From assembly GCA_951406725.2 (NCBI GenBank), contig OX597824.1, forward strand, positions 71,920,001-71,984,000: a stretch of DNA of 64,000 bases, in the 5' to 3' direction. Under the pieces are notes generated by a model. It was not told the DNA's origin. It saw only the letters and a program-made list of their open reading frames with translations, and ran no database searches. Position numbers and translations under genes: made by a program. This DNA comes from Octopus vulgaris. Lineage: Eukaryota. This document shows, in pieces, positions 27,534 through 41,499 of the stretch; position 1 is the first letter of the stretch; each line of letters starts with the position of its first letter.

Positions 27534-27943
27534 TCTTACGCCGATTTAACCATGAATGGAACACTAATGATATACAAGATTTTATTTGAAAGTTCAGTGA
27601 GTAATACTAGCCGCTAGCACTCCGGACAAAATACTTAGTGGCGTTTCTTCCAGCTTAGGTTCTAAGTTCAAATTCTGTCAATGTAATGGACTACCGCCTC
27701 TCCCGCCAAATTTCTGACCCTGAGTCAGTAGTTGAAAGTATTATCTGAAATCCAATGAAGAAACAAACCTTGTTTCTTGATTGGTGGACTAGGTTTTTTC
27801 TTTAGTGACACGACATGGGGAATGAATAAATAGTGGATTGAATAAAACAAAAAATCTCACATATGTGCAAAAACTGGCTTATAGGACTGTGACCATGTTG
27901 GGGCACAGCCTTCAAGGGCTGAAATGTATAAAGGAATAAAAGA

Positions 27944-28039
<96 letters not shown>

Positions 28040-28129
28040 GTGTATACTTTACCTATATACACACTTATAAAAATATATATACCTAGACACTCACACATGC
28101 ACACACATACATGTATGTATGTATGTATG

Positions 28130-28180
<51 letters not shown>

Positions 28181-28709
28181 GCATACATAGATACACACAC
28201 ACACACACACTTGTGCAGGTATGACTGTGTGGTTAACAAATTTGTTTTGTGTTCTGTGGAAGTGTCCAAAAAGGATAAGGTGTGTGTGAGTGTGTGTGTG
28301 TGTGTCTGTCTGTCTGTGTGTGTATACGTGTGCGTGCATATGTGTGTGCGCGCATGCGTGTGTAATCGTTAGATAGGTGTGAAAGCGAGTACGTGAGGAA
28401 GTAAGAACGCGCACTTGTGTGCACTAGTAAGGCGGTGCTCCAGTATGGTGGCAGTCAAATGACTGAAACAAATGATAGAAATACAAGTAATTTATTATGT
28501 CAAGTATTTTCTAACCAATCTTTAAGATAGATATTTTTATGCTTTCATTTCTTTCAACTGCAACTGCACACTTCGAATTTAATCATTTGAAGATTTACGC
28601 AGATAAGGGAAATCATGTTTTATTTTAGGTCAACAAAAGCCGAAGTGACAATGAGGGTGACGATGATAACAATACCCTTCCCCCCATACAAACCTCTTGC
28701 ATATGTATA

Positions 28710-29968
28710 CACAGACATGCAAGAAGTAAATAGACACCTTTAATTTTCAAAATCTTTTATTTAATACGCAAAGCAAACAATTGAAATGTAATCGATAGGT
28801 AGGACTACATACTTTAGTATTTAGTTGACATTCCCTTTGCAGTTTTTAATTAATAAACTCTTTTTGGCATTGAGCTGATGAGCTTTGTGATTGTCTCTTG
28901 TGGAATTTCTGCCCACTTTTCATGCAACAATCGAAACAATTCGTCTTTAGATTTAGGTTTCTGTCAAGTTTTTCGTATGGCTCTATCTAGTATGCTCCAA
29001 AGACTTTCAATTGGGTTCATGTCAGGAGATTGGCTCGACCAAGGGAGCTTTTTGATCCCATTTTCAGTCAGCCATTGTTGATTCCTTTTCGCTGTGTGGC
29101 ATGGAGCCCCATCTTACATGAATAAAAACTCATTTTTCGTTATGTTCTCGTGTGAATGCATCGGAAGTAGTCCTTGCTTAAGTATTTCGATGGTTCCAAC
29201 ACATTCGATCAGCTCAGAACGATCATTGCTGGTGGCAGTTCCCCATACCATTACACAGATACCGCCATGTTTCACAGTTAGTTGGAGTCCTTTCAAACCA
29301 AATTCTTGATTGGGAAGCCTCCAGACCCAAACACGTCTACTGTCTGATAATACTGGAAATCTGGATTCATCTGAGAAAATCACTCTATCCCAAAATGAAC
29401 TCGATTTTTCTGAGATCTCCTTAGCCCATTTCTTTCTTTTCATGATAGTAATTGGTTGAAGGAGAGGTTTTCTTCTAGCTGCTCGTCCATAATACCTAAG
29501 CTTATGCAGATATGTAACACACGTCCTTGGACTAATTTCTAGCTGCTTTACAATGTCAGAAGCCTTCGAAAGGGGTTCGTTTTCCACAATTCTCTTCAAA
29601 CAGCGAAGCTTCCTTTCCAAGGGCACAGGTCGGCAAGGACGAGAATCTGTTGATTCTTTTCCTTGGCTTTTGAATTGCACTATCATTCTATTAAGAGTAG
29701 CAAGAGGAATTTGAAGATTTTCGGCAATTTTTCGTTGGCTAAGACCAGCCTTAGATTGCCCAACAATACGACCTCTTTGAAAATCTGACAGTTCTGTTGA
29801 ATTTTTTGTGCCTGGCATGGTCACTCTTCGCAAATGTTTAATATAATGGCACTTGGAATGAAAAAGAATAATTACATTGTAAATTCTTCACCGCTGAAAA
29901 CATATTAAGACGCTTAGATAAGAAATTTTGAAAATTAAAGGTGTCTATTTACTTCCTGCATGTCTGTG
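28710..29968 (-). mobile_element. Complete Tc1/mariner (DD34E) DNA transposon, 1259 bp
   Basis: 44-bp TIRs CACAGACATGCARGAAGTAAATAGACACCTTTAATTTTCAAAAT (28710-28753 and 29925-29968, 1 mismatch), with TA on both flanks. Confidence 0.95.
28814..29833 (-). pseudogene. Tc1 transposase with in-frame premature stops
   Basis: Paired-like HTH ([12 protein letters not shown]), ARRKPLL and VIFSDES, then after the stop at 29114 the same frame gives DGAPCHTA...SPDMNPIE (34 residues between D and E) ...AKGMSTKY*. Further stops at ~28964 and ~28849. Confidence 0.92.
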
Positions 29969-30933
29969 TATATTGGTGCATAGGCAGACTGACAAGCACG
30001 CATGCGCGTATATGCCCACACGGACGACCATAAACTGACAGTTGATATAGGCTGCAATAAATGGTAACGGATGAAATGCAGTAAAGAAGCACACACACGC
30101 ATTCATGCACACAACACACACACGCACACACACACACACACTCCCTCTCTCTCTCTTGTTCCCTCCGTCTCTTTCCCTCTCCCTTGCGCTCCCCCTCTTA
30201 ATCTCTCCTCCTCCCTCTCTTTCCTCCTCCCTCTCTTTCCTCCTCCCTCTCTTTGAAAACTCATTGTACAGACTAAATGAGTGTCACGAACGTCGTGGAC
30301 AAATCAATCGATACATAATAAAGTGAGCTACAACCCGTGCGTGTTGTTTGGGCAGAACGACCCTCCCAAAATATGATAAAAATATTACAAAACAAAAGGA
30401 AAATAGTAATAAAACACAAGTAAATATAGCAGTTTATGCATACTATATATGTCTTAAATAGCTCTTCATGTCCTATCAGTTCATGACTAATGTTATTTAA
30501 ACTTTAAGTACAGAAAGCAATATTAGGCGCGTTATCTATTTTTTTTTTATTTAGACAGCGAAATTTAGATTTTGCCAAACTTGCCAAACTATTAAGCAAG
30601 TGAACAGACTTAGAGAAATAGTGGTAAAATAAAATATGAATAAAAAATACAAAAGGAAACACACTAATAATTAATTGAAAAGCGAAATATATACGGATTT
30701 GTATTCCGTACTTTTCAAAGAAAATAAAATTTGTTTCTGATAGAGGTACAAGGCCTCAAATTTAAGAGGAGTGGGGGCCATAATTGATTACATCGATCCA
30801 ATGGTTGACTAGTACTTCATTTTGTTGACCGTTTAAAGATGAAAGGCAAAGTCGCGTTCGGCGGTATTTGAACATGGAACGTAAAGTGATGTAACTGATT
30901 TGGATGGTAAACTTGGGTTGTAGATTTAATGTA

Positions 30934-31298
30934 CACTGGCGAAAATAAATTTAAGACCGATGATAAAAGTTCTTTTTCTTACAAAATATTTTGTTACTAT
31001 CACCAGAGAAATTATTTCTTTTACACCTTATGCAGAATTTATTTCTCTTTCGAATGATGCAAACAGTGACTATACAACTTGAAGAATTCTAATATAAACG
31101 TTTCAAATTTACCGGAAAAATTATTTAAGACCATATCATTATAATTTTATTTAAAGCTTAAGATTGTAGCAAAAATGAGTAACAAGAACGAAATATGAAT
31201 TTACTAAAGGATAAAAATAATTTGTATGGTGTTAGTAACAAAATATTTTGTAAGAAATAGAACTTTTATCATCGTTCTTAAATTTATTATCGCCAGTG
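30934..31298. mobile_element. Tc1/mariner-type MITE with long TIRs and TA TSD
   Basis: TA|CACTGGCGAAAATAAATTTAAGACCGATGATAAAAGTTCT...AGAACTTTTATCATCGTTCTTAAATTTATTATCGCCAGTG|TA, with ~70-85-bp inverted arms. Confidence 0.85.
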
Positions 31299-31787
31299 TA
31301 TCATCCGTTTAACATTATTGTTTGGTCCTAGGGTGCTTTTAGCGGAATTCCCTCCTGTTGTAAGCATTCGAGATAAGTCTCCGGTTTGAGGATAGCTTCC
31401 TCCCCTCCCTACCATCAATCTTGGAGGCACTGGAAAGGATTATATGTACTGCCTTTTTTCCAAACTGAGCGATTAAATATAAATACTGCGAAGTATTTTG
31501 TCCGTCATTTTAATTATTAATCCAATTCAACAAAACATTCATTTTTAATTTAGGTACAATTTGAGGATGGTGGTGGCTATCTTTGATTAAATCACCATCA
31601 ATACTGGATTGTAATTACTTTTATTAACCTTGTAAATATGAAAGGCAAAACTGAACGTGCAGGATTCGAAATCAGAACGTAAAGAGACACCGCATGCAAT
31701 TTTGTCCAGCGCTCTACCAGTTCTGCTAATATAATGCATTTTACTACACAGTTCTCAACAACTTACTAGTTCTGCTAATCCATTAAT

Positions 31788-31995
31788 AATCCTTTCTACT
31801 ACAGATACAGGGCCTGAAATTTTTGGGAAGGGGGCTAGTCGATAACATCGACCCCAGTGCCCAACTGGTACTTATTTTATGTTCACTGAAAGGGAAAGTC
31901 AACCAGAGTGGAATTTTAAATCAGAACGTAATGCCGGAAGAAAAGCGGCTAAGCATTTTATCCGACATGCTAACAACACTGCCAGCTCGCTGCCT
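31788..31995 (-). mobile_element. SINE family B
   Basis: AATCCTTTCTACT..GGCCTGAAATTT..ATCGACCCCAGTG..GCCAGCTCGCTGCC. Confidence 0.75.
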
Positions 31996-32000
31996 TTAAT

Positions 32001-32296
32001 TATTATTTATTTATGCGCCTAGCCAGGTTCATGGGCCCGGTTTCCCGGTTTCTATGGCGTATGTGTTCTCCCCTGCTGGACGGGAGGCCAGTCCATCGTA
32101 GCGTTGCTCAAGAAATAGGAAGAAAGAGTGAGAAAAAGTTGGGGCGAAAAAGCGGTCGCCACCACCTCCCGCCGGAGCTTCATGAAGCTTTAGGTGTTTT
32201 CGCTCAATAAACACACACAACATCCGGTTTGGGAATCGAAACCGCGATCCTCCGACCGCGAGTTTGCTGCCCTAACCACTGGGCCATTGCTCTCCA
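32001..32296 (-). mobile_element. SINE family A variant with 13-bp TSD
   Basis: CGCTGCCTTTAAT on both flanks; tRNA-like head on the minus strand. Confidence 0.88.
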
Positions 32297-32618
32297 CGCT
32301 GCCTTTAATACATAAATAATAGAATAACACAAGTCGTTAGTTAAAATTTTTTATTCTCTTAATGCATATCTAAATAAGAGTTTCACCTTTTAACGTTTTC
32401 ATAATTAAATATTGTTTCATCTGGTAGTGGTGGTGCTGGATATCTGTGTGGGTTGTGTTAAAGGAAGAACTAACAACTGAATAGCTTATCTGTAATCAAA
32501 TCTAGACTCATAATCTTGTCACGAAGTGGACCACTGGAGATAGGATTCTGAACTGAAGCTAGGATTATTGCTATTATACAAGTATGTTTGGCTCTGATTT
32601 AGCTTTCTGCTTGAATTT

Positions 32619-32870
32619 GGACGTGGCTTGGTGGTTAGGATGTCAGCTTCATGATCGTAAGATTGTTGTTTCGATTCCTGGACCGGGCGACGTGTTGCGT
32701 TCTTGAGCAAAACACTTAATTTCACGTTGCTCCAGTTCACTCAGCTGGCAAAAATGAGTAACGCTGCGATGGACTGGCGCCCCGTCTAACTGGGGAACAC
32801 ATACGCCATTGAAACCGGGAAACCGGGCCCATGAGCCTGGCTAGGCTTTAAAAGGGCGCATTTATTTATA
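32619..32870 (+). mobile_element. tRNA-derived SINE, family A-related subfamily
   Basis: GTGGCTTGGTGGTTAGG and GTTTCGATTCC boxes, TTCTTGAGCAAAACACTT body and the family A 3' end GAAACCGGGAAACCGGGCCCATGAGCC. Confidence 0.8.
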
Positions 32871-33708
32871 TTATTGCATTTGGCCGCAGGTATGGCTGTG
32901 TGGTTAAGAAGTTTGCTTTATAATCACATGATTTCGAGTTCGATCCCAATGTGCAACACCTTGGGTAAGCGTCCTCAAGTCCAATTAAGCTTTTTTCAGC
33001 AATTTGCCACTTATACAGGGTTATGTTATAAATAATGAGGGAAAATATTATCTTGATTAAATATATCAATTAAGACCAAACAAGCATTTCTTTCTTTCTC
33101 ATCTTGAAGTGTTATAGGACTCTCTTTCCAGCCTAACACACACACACACACACACGATTGCCTCATCTTCTCAGATGATACATGTCTCATATTCAGCTAG
33201 TATTGTTCTGATTTACTTTGCATATGCACGGATAAGACTTCATGCCACGTATCCATCGACATAGGTCTTTATAAAATACAAACACAGATCAAAAAATGAA
33301 ATGATAGTAAAACATCTGAACGTCACTGGATTTCAGTGCCAAAAACTTGAACCATATTTGGTTCTAGTGACAAGCATTGCAAGATGACTGGTAATATTCT
33401 GATTGCAAGTTTTATGTCAGAGTATTTTTCTCCTAGAAGAGCTGCCTTTACACGGCTTTGTAAAAAATAACGGGAGCATCCTCTACCCCTGGGTGATCTA
33501 TTTATCCCATAGATGGGACCCAGGTAGGAGCTACTGTCCAGATGAGAACGGACGTGAGAGTAATGCTAATTAAGGGGGCGACTCCACATTCCTCACAATT
33601 CCAGAACTCCCGAACCGGGGCCTCACATCCGGAAGCAGTTTAATGTCGTACCCAGGACAATTTCTCTCTCTCTCTCTCTGTCTGTCTCTCTCTCTCCTCT
33701 TTACTCTT

Positions 33709-34128
33709 TAATTTTTTACTTGTTTCAGTCATTTGACTGCGGCCATGCTGGAGCACCGCCTTTATCGAGCAAAACGATCACAGGACATATTCTTTGTAAG
33801 CCTAGTACTTATTCTATAGGTCTCTTTTGCTGAACCGCTAAGATACGGGGACGTAAACACACCAGCATCGGTTGTCAAGCGATGTTGGGGGGGGGACAAA
33901 CACAGACACACAAACATATAAACACGCATACATATATATACACACACACACACGCACGCACGCACGCACGTATACACACACACACACACATATACGACGG
34001 GCTTCTTTCACTTTCGGCCTACCAAATCCACTCACAAGGCTTTGGTCGGCCCGAGGTTATAGTAGAAGACAGTTGCCCAAGTTGTCACGCAGTGGAACTG
34101 AACCCGGAACCATGTAGTTGGCAAGCAA
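33709..34128 (-). mobile_element. SINE family C with internal microsatellite
   Basis: Near full-length match to the 44460-44910 copy. Confidence 0.85.
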
Positions 34129-34211
34129 GTTTTTTTCTTTCTGACACCGCAAAGATTCTGCCAGCTCGCCGCTTTAGGTTTTCAGATATTAAAACAGTTT
34201 AATGTCCAGAC

Positions 34212-34283
<72 letters not shown>

Positions 34284-34614
34284 GTGTATAGAAGTGAGAT
34301 ATGATTATGTTTGTAAGCATGCACATTAGCATGTAGGCAAATATTTAAGTGCAGACACACACACACATACACACACATATAAACATACATATACATAAGT
34401 ACACCCACATGCATACATACATGTACACAAGGACACACACACTCTCACACAAAAGTATACACATACACACTTGAAGAGAAACCAATGGCTACAAATTAAA
34501 ACCTAATTTATTTTAATTTCTGTTATGTGTTCCAGTTTAATCTTTCGAAAATCTTATTTTTTTTATTCCATTTTGTTTATTTATCCAATCTCATCTTATA
34601 ATCCTTTTCTCTTT

Positions 34615-34632
34615 TATTTCTTTCCCTTCTTT

Positions 34633-34683
<51 letters not shown>

Positions 34684-34856
34684 CTCTCACTTCCTCTTAC
34701 TTTCTTTCTTTCTGTCTTTCTCTCTCTCTTTCTCTCCCTCTTTCTTTTTTCTCTCTCTCTCTCTTTCTTTCTGTCTTTCTCTCTCTCTTTCTCTTTCTCT
34801 CCCTCTTTCTTTTTTCTCTCTTTTTCTTTCTTTCTTTCTCTTTTTCTTTCTCTTTT

Positions 34857-34895
<39 letters not shown>

Positions 34896-34998
34896 CTCTC
34901 TCTTTCTCTCTGTCTCTTTCTCTATCTTTCTCTCTCCGTCTTTCACACCCTCTTACTTTCTTCCTTTCTATCTGTCTGTCTCTCTCTCTTTCTCTCCC

Positions 34999-35070
<72 letters not shown>

Positions 35071-35130
35071 CCTCCCTCTTTCTTTTTTTGTTTGTTTGTT
35101 TGTTTGTTTCTTTTTCTTTCTTTGCTTCCT
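34615..35130. repeat. ~500-bp polypyrimidine (CTTT/CT) tract
   Basis: Directly visible. Confidence 0.95.
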
Positions 35131-35941
35131 TCCTCGCTTTACTTCCTTCCATCTTTTATTCGTTGCTTTGTTTTTTTTCATATTTGTGTATTTCTTTCTT
35201 TTAGAAGGCTTGGGATTTCAATATGATGACTCGTACAGCATCTGAAATGATGAAGAAGAATATTTCACAGGTCACAGGAAAAAATAAACAGATGAATAAA
35301 TAAGTAAATAAATAAAATGAAAATAAAAAAAAAATTAATGAAAATTCTTTAAAATATCAAAAGTTAAAAGAACTCACGTCCACACACACACACATGTACA
35401 CACACACACATGTACACACACACACACACACTCTCTCTCTCACCTCTCTCTCTCACTTCTCTCCCCCTCCCTCTCTTTCTCTTCCACAAAATAATAAAAA
35501 TATATAATTTCTGTCCTAAGATCTTTTTTCTTTCTTTTTTTTTAATATTTGGTAAATGTCATAGCTGTAACATATTTTATATTTTCGTTAATTCTGTGTC
35601 TGCGTGTTTCTCAGTAATCCCCCACCACCACCACTACAACCACCACCACGCCCGCCACTTTAACGTCTTTTTTCTTCTGCAAAGATGGTAATTGGTCAAT
35701 ATCTAGATCAATGGCACTGATTTAAGTGAAATGTGCCTTAAGACATCTAGACATCCGCAATTGTTGCCCTGTCTGCTACCATTTATTGAGTGAGCATCGT
35801 CGACTGATGGCTGAGAAAACTGTCAAAAATGTAAAATGTTCGTGGTAGGTACACTACAGAAATGGGTTGGCGGGCCTTTTTTATCAAATTATGACTGTCC
35901 TTTTCTTTATTATTTATATTTTACATAATGCATGTTCGTGT

Positions 35942-36212
35942 GGGAGGCACAATTGCCCAGTGGTTAGGGTAGCGGACTCGCGGTTTCGATTCCCAGACCG
36001 GGCATTGTGCGTGTTTATTGAGCGAAAACATCTAAAGCTCCATGAGGCTCCGGCAGGGGGTGGTGGCAACCCCTGTTGTACTCTTTCGCCCCAGCTTTCT
36101 CTCACTCTTGAGCAACGCTGCGTTTCTTGAGTAACACTGCGATGGACTGGCATCCCGTCCAGCTGGGGAGAACACATACGCCATAGAAACCGGGAAACCG
36201 GGCCCCTGAGCC
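35942..36212 (+). mobile_element. SINE family A, 3'-truncated where it meets the hAT sequence
   Basis: GGAGGCACAATTGCCCAGTGGTTAGGG head. The match stops at GGGCCCCTGAGCC and the normal tail is absent. Confidence 0.85.
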
Positions 36213-38565
36213 GGTCAACGCGGTCGAGTTTTCTGCTTCACTTTTGAATTGAAGATTACTAACGAAACCGCAGTTCTTACAGCTTGCCCAACATATCGTA
36301 TTATTTTTACGTAAGTGTTAGTCGAATTGTAATCTGTAGAAATTTTGCTACGAGTGATATGGAAATACGCTCCCTTAATTCTCCGTCCACCGACTCAGAA
36401 AAAAGATTCTGTAGACGATATCACGAAAATTATATCAAATATAGTTTTGTATCCTGTGTAGAAGATCCTTTTTTTTTTACCATAGTGTATTATCTGCTCA
36501 AAATCAACGAAACCCTCGAAATTGTATCATCTACAAAACATCCATCCTGGTTTATTTGGCAAGCCAAAGGAGTACTTCGAAGAATACCATCGCAAAAAAA
36601 TGTCTCATCTTCATCGCTCAAAAATTTCCTCGTCCATACTAACAACCGTTCTGGCCTGCAGGCGTCCTATAACATTTCGCTCATGATAGCAAAACAGGGT
36701 CGCCCACATACCATTAGCGAAGATCTGATTAGGCCTTTCATACTTGAAGCATATAAAGTTGCTAATGTGCCGAACGCTGCCTCAGTTTTAGCAAGTATTT
36801 CACTTTCAAACAACACTGTATCTTCCCGCATTTGTGAAATGGCCAAAGATGTCGAATCCATAGTTGTAGAAGACTTGCGACACTGCAAATTCTCGTTGAC
36901 GGTAGATGACAGCACTTTTGACAACAAATGTGTTGTCCTTGCCTTTGTTCGCTATGTGAAAGGTACCACAGTTTGTGAAAACCTACTCTTTTATGAAAAC
37001 CGTACTGAAGAACACGGGAGAGGCGATCTACAATGCAGTCATGGGTTATCTTACTAAAAATGGCATTGATCCGCTCAACCTCATATCAATATGCACTGAC
37101 GGTGCACCGTCTATGAATGGCAAATCTAGGGTTTTGTTCCCAGATGGATAGAATTTAATTCCGTCTTCACAATTCATTGCGTTCGCCATCGAGAAAACCT
37201 GATAGCAAAAAGAACCGGAAATAATATATTTTCTGAAACCCTAGACTTAATTGCTTCCGCAGTAAAAAAAATCAAAAGATCTACCCATCGAAACAGGCAT
37301 TTTCAAGGAGCTTTTAAAGATGAAACGTTTGACCGTCTGTTGTATTCGACAGATATACGCTGGCTTATCAATGGGAAATTGTCTCGGACGTTTTGTGGCA
37401 CTTTTTGATAAAGTCATAGAGTTTCTTCAGCCGACTGATCCAACTGTGACAGCATCACTTTCTCAGAAAAAACCTGTAATTTTTTATTTACATGAAATAT
37501 TTCAAAAACTTAATGATCTCAATATTTCTTTATAAAAGCAAAACATCAACATTGTACAAGCCAGACACTTGATTAGGGCGTTTGTGAATAAACTCGTTCT
37601 TTGGAAACTTCAAATTGAAGATCATAACTTTCTACAGTTCACGAACTTAAAAACCTTTGTGGTAGATAACGACTTGCACAAATATATAATCGGGCATCTA
37701 TCTTTCCTTCACGAAAACTTCAATATTCGTTTTGTGGACTCTCTTCACACAATGTCTATGAACGATATACTTGTCCAACCAGAATGCATTCAGATGGAGC
37801 TATGTGCGGCGACGGTAGATGACAATCTGCGCAAATCGTCTGAAAACAACTGGGTCAAGGCTTGGTTGAAGCATTCTCACGAATGTCCAAAGCTGTTTGA
37901 ACAAGTCGAGCCTTTTATAAATCTCCCGACATCCTACTTGGCTGAAAAGGGATTTTCCCTTGTCCTCCACTCGTTCACGAAGCAGCGGAGGCATTTGAAC
38001 CTCGATAACAATGCTGATTTGAGAATTCGCTTGAACCAAAAAGAACCAAGGATTTCTCAGCTTGTGAATAAAAAGCAAGCCCGAGGGTCTCACTGAAGGT
38101 TTCTTGACGTTTTACCCAATGACTTGTCGCTGACAATTTAAAGTTAATTCAATTTGTTATATTCCCTCAAACGTTTAAACGACCTTTTGTACTGATCCCA
38201 ACTTCACTCCTCACATTTTTTAATTTACCCTTCACATTGTTATATTTTAATTGTACATCTTTTTTTCTGAATAAAATGGGCATATTTTCCACGACCCAGT
38301 AACCTTTTCTATTCGATTCTATCAAATAAAGCTTTCTTGAGAATCATGTGCATTTGCAAATTAGTTTTGTTATTGGTGTTCTCAGTTATTTGTTCTCTGT
38401 GATGTCCCTTACAAGAACGAAAAAAGAACTTTCATTGCAAAGTGAAAACGATACTAATATTTATGAGTAGCAGTTCTTTTATAATAAATTTAAAATTTGA
38501 GGTGGTCCACAGGAAAGAATTACTTATTTTGGTGGTCCACAGCGAAAAAAGGTTGCGAACCCCTG
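36213..38565 (+). mobile_element. hAT element with right TIR; left end not identified
   Basis: Ends AAGGTTGCGAACCCCTG (rc CAGGGGTTCGCAACCTT), preceded by duplicated GGTGGTCCACAG subterminal motifs. Confidence 0.8.
36359..38096 (+). pseudogene. hAT transposase (Buster/Charlie-type), frameshifted
   Basis: Contains RRYHENYIKY (BED-finger start), ASYNISLMIAKQGRPHTISEDLI, SLSNNTVSSRI, FSLTVDDST (D), ISICTDGAPSM (D), IHCVRHRENL (CxxH), DIRWL, PTSYLAEKGFS (E) and C-terminal KQARGSH*. It is split over several ORFs. Confidence 0.9.
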
Positions 38566-39131
38566 ATCAAGATGTTTACAACTGCGATGAGGATTGGACA
38601 CAACACTAGTAAGGCATATATGTTTTTGAAAAAATAGGAGAATGCCCTATTTTATCATATAGAAAAGTAAAACATCGTATCCAAATATTGAATAAATACA
38701 CAAAAATAATTTCACAATGCCCTCACATGCGTAAACAGCCTCTTATTAACAGCATTAACATGAAATCTGTACAAAACATTCTTTTTTCTCTCCCCTCTAC
38801 AAATGATATTTCTCACCTTAATTAGTCATTACGTTAGAATGACTTCCCTTATACAGGAATCTCCTGACATTTCCGAAATATATGCACTAACTACTAAATT
38901 TTATTTCCCTTTTCTAGAAAATAAATTCAGAAACCAACAGTCGTTATGCCATTTCAACAAACTCACAAATACTCGCATTACGTTTCAACAGATACACAGA
39001 CACCCATACAACTAAATCAAGCCGTTGTAACATATACACCAACACAGAAAGCCGTCAAATACTACAGGCTATAAAAATACACGTCTATAAATCAAAATAC
39101 CTACCACCTAAACATTTTGTCCTTTTACACA

Positions 39132-39205
<74 letters not shown>

Positions 39206-40785
39206 TAGGCACACAGACAGACAGAGACACACGTTCATCAAGCAGTAAAACACAAGGGTTTGCATCATGGAAGTACAAGGGTTTGCTTTTCTTCTGTCTC
39301 TTAGAGACTCAGTAGTTAATGATAGACTAACAGAACTTATACTGCATTATATAAAGAGCCATGCTACGATGAAACCAATAGTTGTATGGATAAGACAATA
39401 TATCAAACCATTGAAAAAATATACATTGAGTCCTTTTTTGTTTAAAATTGCACATGCACACACACATGTATGTATGTATGTATGTATGTATGTATGTATG
39501 TATGTATGTATGTATGTATGTATGTATGTATGTATGGATCTATGTATGGATGGGTGGATAGATGGACAGATGGATGGATGTGTGCGTATGTATATGTATA
39601 TGCAGGTATGCATGTATGTTTGTGCAAACTAGAACACAGACACAGCATATGTAAGATTACATTTATAAACATATGTTTCAGTAACATATGTTTAACCCCT
39701 CTGTTCGAGTGCTTCATGCAATAATTATATCTGGCCAAATTTGTAACACAATGTAAATAAGGTCCGGCCTAGCTAGACCGTTTTTTACATTATTCAAATA
39801 TAAAACAGTGCTTACGACGTTCTCTCAGCAACTTAGAAAAAGTAGACGAATCCTGACGAAGGTTTTACCTAAAATAAAAAAGTAGTCAATTTGATCTTTC
39901 TTACTGATGTGATAAATATAGTTTTAGTAACAGGATTAATTTTCACAGTGATGTTTAAAATACATTAAATCGAAAGAAAGAGCAAAAAAAAAAAGCTGTA
40001 GCGACTCCAGTACAGTACTAATACTTTAGTAGTGACCGCGAAAGGATGAAAGACACACTTAATCTTAGAAAGGTTTCATCTCCGTGCACAGAGAGCCGGA
40101 ACGATTACTTCTAAGCAATATATGTGATGATTTAAAGACTCCGTCACATGTATGTAAATATGTCTGCATTAGGCTAAGTACCTACAAATTTGCAAAAAAA
40201 AACAAGAAATATTAGTTTTTGTTTTGAAGAAGGAACAAAAGAAACTGATGCGGATCCTCAAAATCCAATCTATTAGCGGCACTGTGTAGATTTGTAAGAC
40301 ATTTGTAAGACATTTCAGAGATTCTTCATCTGAGATTGCTTACATGAACAGATGCATACACTCGGGCATGTGCATCGATAGATCAAACAACACAATAATT
40401 CAGCCACATATTTATAAACGCTGGGAACTCCCTTAACTCAAAAAGTCTTGTCGCTTCGTTAATGATCGGCTTGAACTCTCTTAAGAAGCTAAATAAAACT
40501 CAAAGAAAAAAACAAAAGCATGTATGTCTGTGTGTATTCATGCATGTATATATGCATGTTTGTATGTTTGTATGTATGTATGTATGTATGTATGTATGTA
40601 TGTATGTATGTATGTATGTATGTATGTATGTATGTGTGTATGTATGTATGTATGTATGTATGTTTGTTTGTATGTATGTATGCATGTATGTATATATGTG
40701 TACATGTATGTATGTATATATGTATATATATGTATATATATATGTATATATATGTATATATATATATATATGTATGTATATATAC

Positions 40786-40843
<58 letters not shown>

Positions 40844-40930
40844 AGAAGGTTGAAAAGGAACACAAGAATTGATATATATGGAAAAAAAGTCAAGGTAGAA
40901 AATGCTAAAATAATTTTATAAAATACATTT

Positions 40931-40966
40931 CAGTACCGATTTCGGTCATTGAGACTTTATCAACTG
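40931..40966 (-). ncRNA. Minimal HHR-like motif, U3-A8 core variant
   Basis: rc CAG-TTGATAA-A-GTC-tcaat-GAC-C-GAAA-TCGG-TA-CTG. Confidence 0.55.
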
Positions 40967-41077
40967 TAAGTTTGGAAAAGAATTAAATTTTGGAAAAATT
41001 AAAAGAAAAGTTTTTTAAAAGAATATTTGCATAGTATTCAAATACAAGGTTCGAGGTCGTTGTGAATTCTTGGCAGG

Positions 41078-41150
41078 GAAGAAGAAGAAGAAGAAGAAGA
41101 AGAAGAAGAAGAAGAAGAAGAAGAAGAAGAAGAAGAAGAAGAAGAAGAAG
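41078..41150. repeat. (GAA)n trinucleotide repeat, ~24 units
   Basis: Directly visible. Confidence 0.95.
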
Positions 41151-41361
41151 ATATATACATATATATACGTGTATGTATTTGTGTATCTGTGTGTGTTCCC
41201 CCACCATCGCTTGACAACTGATGTTGGTGTGTTTACGTCCCCGTAATTTGGCGTTTCCGCAAAAGAGACCGATAAATTAAGTACTAGGCTTACAAAGTAT
41301 AGGTCCTGGGGTCGATTTGTTCCAGCATGGCCGCAGTCAAATGACTGAAACAAGAGAGTAA

Positions 41362-41476
<115 letters not shown>

Positions 41477-41499
41477 TGTGTATGTATGTATGTATTTAT

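Noticed and set aside
34525-35226. 233-aa F/L/S ORF and antisense K/E/R ORFs
   Set aside because: Artefact of the CT/CTTT polypyrimidine tract.
36284-38096. Domesticated ZBED/Buster host gene
   Set aside because: Multiple frameshifts and stops plus a retained TIR indicate a decayed transposon.
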